Shown here one piece after another: positions 59,066 to 64,000 of a stretch of 64,000 nt of DNA. A model generated the notes under the pieces. That model saw nothing but the letters and a program-made list of their open reading frames with translations, was not told where the DNA came from and did no database searches. Source of the stretch: Octopus vulgaris (taxonomy: Eukaryota); NCBI GenBank assembly GCA_951406725.2, contig OX597830.1, positions 17,298,001 through 17,362,000 on the forward strand, in the 5' to 3' direction. A program made the translations under genes and the position numbers. Positions within the stretch are counted from its first letter, which is position 1. Each line of letters starts with the position of its first letter.

Positions 59066-60803
59066 TCTGACGAGGAATGTTACAGGTATCTAGGGATGGA
59101 TGAAAATATATCTTACAGTGGCACCTGTATGTCACTAAAGAATATTGCAGCCTAATAAAGAAAATTTGGACCTCAGAACTTTCTGCATTCAATAAAACAG
59201 TGGCCCACAGTGTGTTTGCAGTACTCATACTAACATTTGGGATGCTTGATTGGACACTTGATGAGATCCGAGCCATTGATGTGAAAATCCGAAAAATACT
59301 AACAAGCACACAATTTCCACATAAACAGTGATGTAGACCGCCTCTACCTGATACGAAAACAAGGCGGCAGAGGCTTAACATCGATCGAAAATACCTTTGA
59401 ATGTCGCATTATATTTCTTCGGCAACATCTTTTAACCACCAAGTGTCGAAGTGCATCCCTTGACCAAGTTTGCCTACATGAAGCTGACAGCATCATAAAT
59501 CTTGGAAGACAGCTCCTTGAGCAACACTTTGTTTGATAACCTAGAATGCATGCCCAAAAAAGTCGCACGACTCTATCGCAACGTATCTTCAAATGAAAGG
59601 ATGAGCCTATATGAGCAGAAGACTATGCATGGATATGTTAGTAGAAAGCTCAGTGATGGTAATAACATCGACCATCAAAGCAGTCTATCATGAACGAATA
59701 GCCGGGTTATTACCTTCCACTTTGAAGGGTATGCGTTTGCAATCCAGGAACAGGAAATATCAACCAAGTACCTGATGCACAAAAGGGATAGAGATGCGGG
59801 AAAAGCCATAAAATGTGACAACCGATGCAGACTGTGGAGTTCACATTGAAGATATCACCCACATCATAAGCAGTTGTCCGAAAATGTCATCATGGTATTA
59901 TCTAGCGATGAGACATGACGCTGTAGCTAGGACACTCTACAATGAAATCCGTCGGAAGGATAATCCCGAGGACAAAGAAATAAAACTCACAATATGGCAG
60001 AGGCCATAGCCACTCATAATGAAAAGGAATACTGGTGGAATGTCCCAGTGAAGACCTCAATAAAACGTAAGCACACCAGACTTGATATAATGATTTGGGA
60101 TAGAGAAGAGAAACTGTGCACAGTTGTGGAAATTAGCTGCTCAGCGGATGTTAACATAAAGCTGAAGATCAGTGAAAAAGAGAACACTTATGCTGAACTA
60201 TTGAGAAATTTGCAGTTACTCTCTCCAGATTACAAGTTCAGGTTTATACCTGTAATTATTGGAGCCCTGGAATATGTAACACACTGCCTAAATACCAATC
60301 TTGAGAAATTAGGCTTCTCAAAACCAGAAAGAAGAAAGCTAATTCGAAGACTACAGATCCAATCCATCACTGGAACTGTAAAGATCTGTAAAACTTTCCA
60401 GAAGTTTATCATTTAAATATATACGAGCATCTCTAGATATGTAACTCTATGCATGAGAATACATACATAAAACATACAAATCTGCATGCATACATACATA
60501 CATACATGCATACATACATACATACATACATACATACATACATACATGCATACATACATACATACATGCATGCATACATATATACATACATACATGCATA
60601 CACACATACATACATACATACATACATACATACATACATGCATGCATTCATATATACCTACATGCACACATACATACATAGATACATACATGCAAAAATA
60701 CCCTGTTGTTGATGATAAAATTCCAATGAAGGAACTTTGGATCTAGGTTAGAAACCGGTTCTTCCTCTATTGGCAAGAAATCTTGAAATAAACTGAATAA
60801 TGA
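59066..60803 (+). mobile_element. 5'-truncated RLE-type (R4-clade-like) LINE embedded in (CATA)n
   Basis: YRYLG, RLYLIRKQGGRGL, CRLW..EDITHIISSC, RHDAVA, RLDIMIWD..VVEISC and IPVIIGAL motifs; the 3' UTR is shared with 23250-23365. Confidence 0.85.
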
Positions 60804-61128
60804 CATACATACACACATAAGTATGTATTATGTATGCATGTCTGTGTGAATGTATGAATATATGTATGTATGCATGCATGTATGTATGTATGTATGTATG
60901 TATGTATGTATGTATGTATGTATGCATGCATGTATGTATGTATGTATGTATGTATGTATGTATGTATGTATGTATGTATGTATGTATGTATGTATGTATG
61001 TATGTATGTATACATGTATGTATGTATGTATGTATGTATGTATGTATGTATGTATGTATGCATGTATGTATGTATGTATGTATGTATGCATGTATGTATG
61101 TATGAATGCATGTATGTATGTATGTATG

Positions 61129-61159
<31 letters not shown>

Positions 61160-61439
61160 GTACGTACGTACGTACGTATGTATGTATGTATGTATGTATG
61201 TATGTATGTATGTATGAATGCACGCATGCATGCATGTATGTATGTACGTACGTATGTATGTATGTATGTATGTATGTATGTATGTATGTATGTATGTATG
61301 TATGTATAAGTGTATGTATGTATGTATGTATGTATGTATGTATGTATGTATGTATGTATGTATGTATGTATGTATAAGTGTATGTATGTATGACTTCCTA
61401 TTGTGTTTCTGTTTACTCACTTCTGTTCTGTCCTTTCAG

Positions 61440-61667
61440 CTTGTACATTTTCTGGCAGAAAACCCAATAAAAACGACTGCAAGAAATATTTTGAATGCAT
61501 CAACAACGTTGAATTTGAGTTTTCGTGCGGTCCAGATGAGAACTTTGACTACATAGAAAAAAATTGCTACCCAGCTGTCTTTGCTGAATGTACACCAGGT
61601 TCCATAACTACAACCACGGCATTGCCGACTACCACAACCACAACTTTACCGACAACCACGGCAACAC
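61440..61667 (+). CDS. Coding exon 7: chitin-binding type-2 domain plus Thr-rich linker
   Basis: Acceptor CTTTCAG|, donor ACAC|GTAATA, 228 nt, phase 1-1; near-identical to exon 6 except at the 5' end. Confidence 0.9.
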
Positions 61668-62624
61668 GTAATACGAATTTCTTCTTCTTCTTCTTCTTCT
61701 TCTTCTTCTTCTTCTTCTTCTTCTTCTTCTTCTTCTTCTTCTTCTTCTTCTTCTTCTTCTTCTTCTTCTTCTTCTTCTTCTTCTTCTTCTTCTTCTTCTT
61801 CTTCTTCTTGTTCTCCTCCTCCTCCTCCTTCTTCTTCTACTCCCCTCCCCCTCCCCCCATTCTAATTCTTCTTCTACCCCCTCCTCCCATTCTTCTTCTT
61901 CTTCTCCTCCTCCCCTCCCCTCCCCTCCTTCTTCCCCTCCTCCTTCTTCTTCTTTTTCTTCTTCTTCATCTGTGGGATTCCAGTTTTGGGAAAACGTACT
62001 CTCGCCGTCCTTGTACCCTCCCTCGCCGCTGGATTTCGTAAAGATAAAAGGAAGATGGGTGAAGATAAATGGAACCCTCCCCCCCTTCACCTGTGACGGG
62101 GTTTTCGTTTGACTGGATCCAAAACTTGCCAAGATGTAATTCCACGCAGCGTGTCTCGAAGACATCCTCTTAGGTACATCTGAAATGAGAGACATGCACG
62201 ACAAGGCAAACAGAATGCCGTCGACCCAGCTGGGGCTTGAACCGTGATTTCTTAACCATTCGGTTAACCATTTGGCATTGCTGTCTTTTACCATTGAGAC
62301 CATATCTCTTTAACTGTTCGTTGGGGATTTTGGCTTATTTTTGGAAGTATGTCCCTTTAGATATGCTCATATCAGAAGCAATAGGCCTTTTCGTGAAAGT
62401 TTATGTGCGACGGTTTTGCTACTAAATCCGATGTTCAGCTCTTGTCCAATACTAATCGGGTAGGAATGTAATGACCAGAATTTTAGGAGAAACTACATCT
62501 GTTTCATGACCCCTCCCTCATTACCTTTTGCTATTTTGCTATGTTTAGCTCGGTTTATATTGTTTAAAGTTACTACGGTTCCGTTAGTGTTAATATGGTA
62601 GTGATGTATAAATTTAATTAATCA

Positions 62625-62741
<117 letters not shown>

Positions 62742-62828
62742 CATATATACATATATATATATATGTATATGTAGGTCCCGGTTTGAGTCGGGGTTAATAA
62801 GGTACTCAATACATAGCAGAGTAAAGTA

Positions 62829-62900
62829 ATTTATTTTATAGAAGGAGCTTTTACAGGACTAGAGTTCTAGTCCTGTAGAAGCTCCTTCTATAAAATAAAT
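62829..62900. repeat. Near-perfect 72-bp palindrome (35-bp arms, 2-nt loop, one mismatch)
   Basis: ATTTATTTTATAGAAGGAGCTTTTACAGGACTAGA-GT-TCTAGTCCTGTAGAAGCTCCTTCTATAAAATAAAT. Confidence 0.9.
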
Positions 62901-62903
62901 ATA

Positions 62904-62998
<95 letters not shown>

Positions 62999-63013
62999 GT
63001 ATATATGTATATA

Positions 63014-63049
<36 letters not shown>

Positions 63050-63136
63050 TGTATGTATGTATGTATGTATGTATATATATATATATATATATTCATATTG
63101 TGTTTCTGTTTACTCACTTCTGTTCTGTCCTTTCAG

Positions 63137-63340
63137 CTTGTACATTTTCTGGCAGAAAACCCAATAAAAACGACTGCAAGAAATATTTTGAATGCATCAA
63201 CAACGTTGAAGTTGAACTATCGTGCGGTCCAGATGAGAACTTTGACTACATAGAAAAAAATTGCTACCCAGCTGTCTTTGCTGAATGTACACCAGGTTCC
63301 ATAACTACAACCACGGCATTGCCGACTACCACTCTTCCAT
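63137..63340 (+). CDS. Coding exon 8: chitin-binding type-2 domain plus short linker; gene probably continues beyond the window
   Basis: Acceptor CTTTCAG|, donor CCAT|GTAATA, 204 nt, phase 1-1, six Cys, no stop codon. Confidence 0.88.
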
Positions 63341-63736
63341 GTAATATAACATTTTCTTTCTCATGTACCTATATATATATGTATCATATATATGTATATG
63401 TATACAATGTATATATATATATATGTATATTTATATGTATATATATCTTGTGGTGGGGAAGTTGTCACCTTTGTCAGTACATAGAAAATGTGCTTTTGTG
63501 ACTAAAGAGCCTTGATTCTTATTTCTAGCAATGCTGTTATTCCCTGCGCCCTTCATCACTTTTCAGTGACGGTGAATTATTTCCTTTTTGGTTTTAAATT
63601 AACTACCTTAATTATTTTATACTTCATTCACACAAACAAACACACACGCATATATATATGTACATGTATGTATATGTATGTGTGTGCGAGCGTGCGTGTG
63701 TGTACATATATATATATATTTTATATATATATTATA

Positions 63737-63786
<50 letters not shown>

Positions 63787-64000
63787 GATAAATCTCACGC
63801 TGATGATAGGTAAACGCTGATGATCGGTAAACACCTTGAAACTCGAGTCCGTGTGTATCATGAGTTGAAGACGGGGAGGATGACTTCCCTTCACAAATAC
63901 TGAGAGGACACAGATAGTGTGTCTATAGCCAGCTGGAGGAGATATCTTCCTGGAGCTACAAACTACAGTAGCATCCACCCTTAGGGGTTAGCCATATTCA

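Overview
AT-rich, microsatellite- and transposon-dense animal genomic DNA. The SINE families and repeat landscape suggest a coleoid cephalopod, probably Octopus (inference). Almost all ORF-track entries are microsatellite or transposon artefacts. One real multi-exon gene can be assembled on the + strand: candidate TATA at 14051, candidate non-coding exon 1 at ~14081-14166, signal-peptide exon 19208-19271, then exons 20610-20756, 40326-43445, 45692-45853, 50151-50354, 53914-54141, 61440-61667 and 63137-63340. No stop codon is reached, so the gene presumably continues past the window. It encodes a secreted peritrophin/mucin-like protein (>=1450 aa): one degenerate and six complete six-cysteine chitin-binding type-2 (peritrophin-A/CBM14) domains plus a ~980-aa Thr/Ser/Pro/Glu mucin tract. 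All internal exons are symmetric phase 1-1 cassettes, and the last four look recently duplicated and homogenised. Introns and flanks hold three or four tRNA-derived SINE families (one forming 184-bp head-to-tail multimers), R4/Dong-like, RTE and CR1-like LINE relics, mariner/Tc1 and hAT relics, MITEs, a non-autonomous Helitron, a Penelope-like ORF fragment, and five sense-strand minimal hammerhead-ribozyme-like motifs. All calls were made by eye, and transposon boundaries are approximate.
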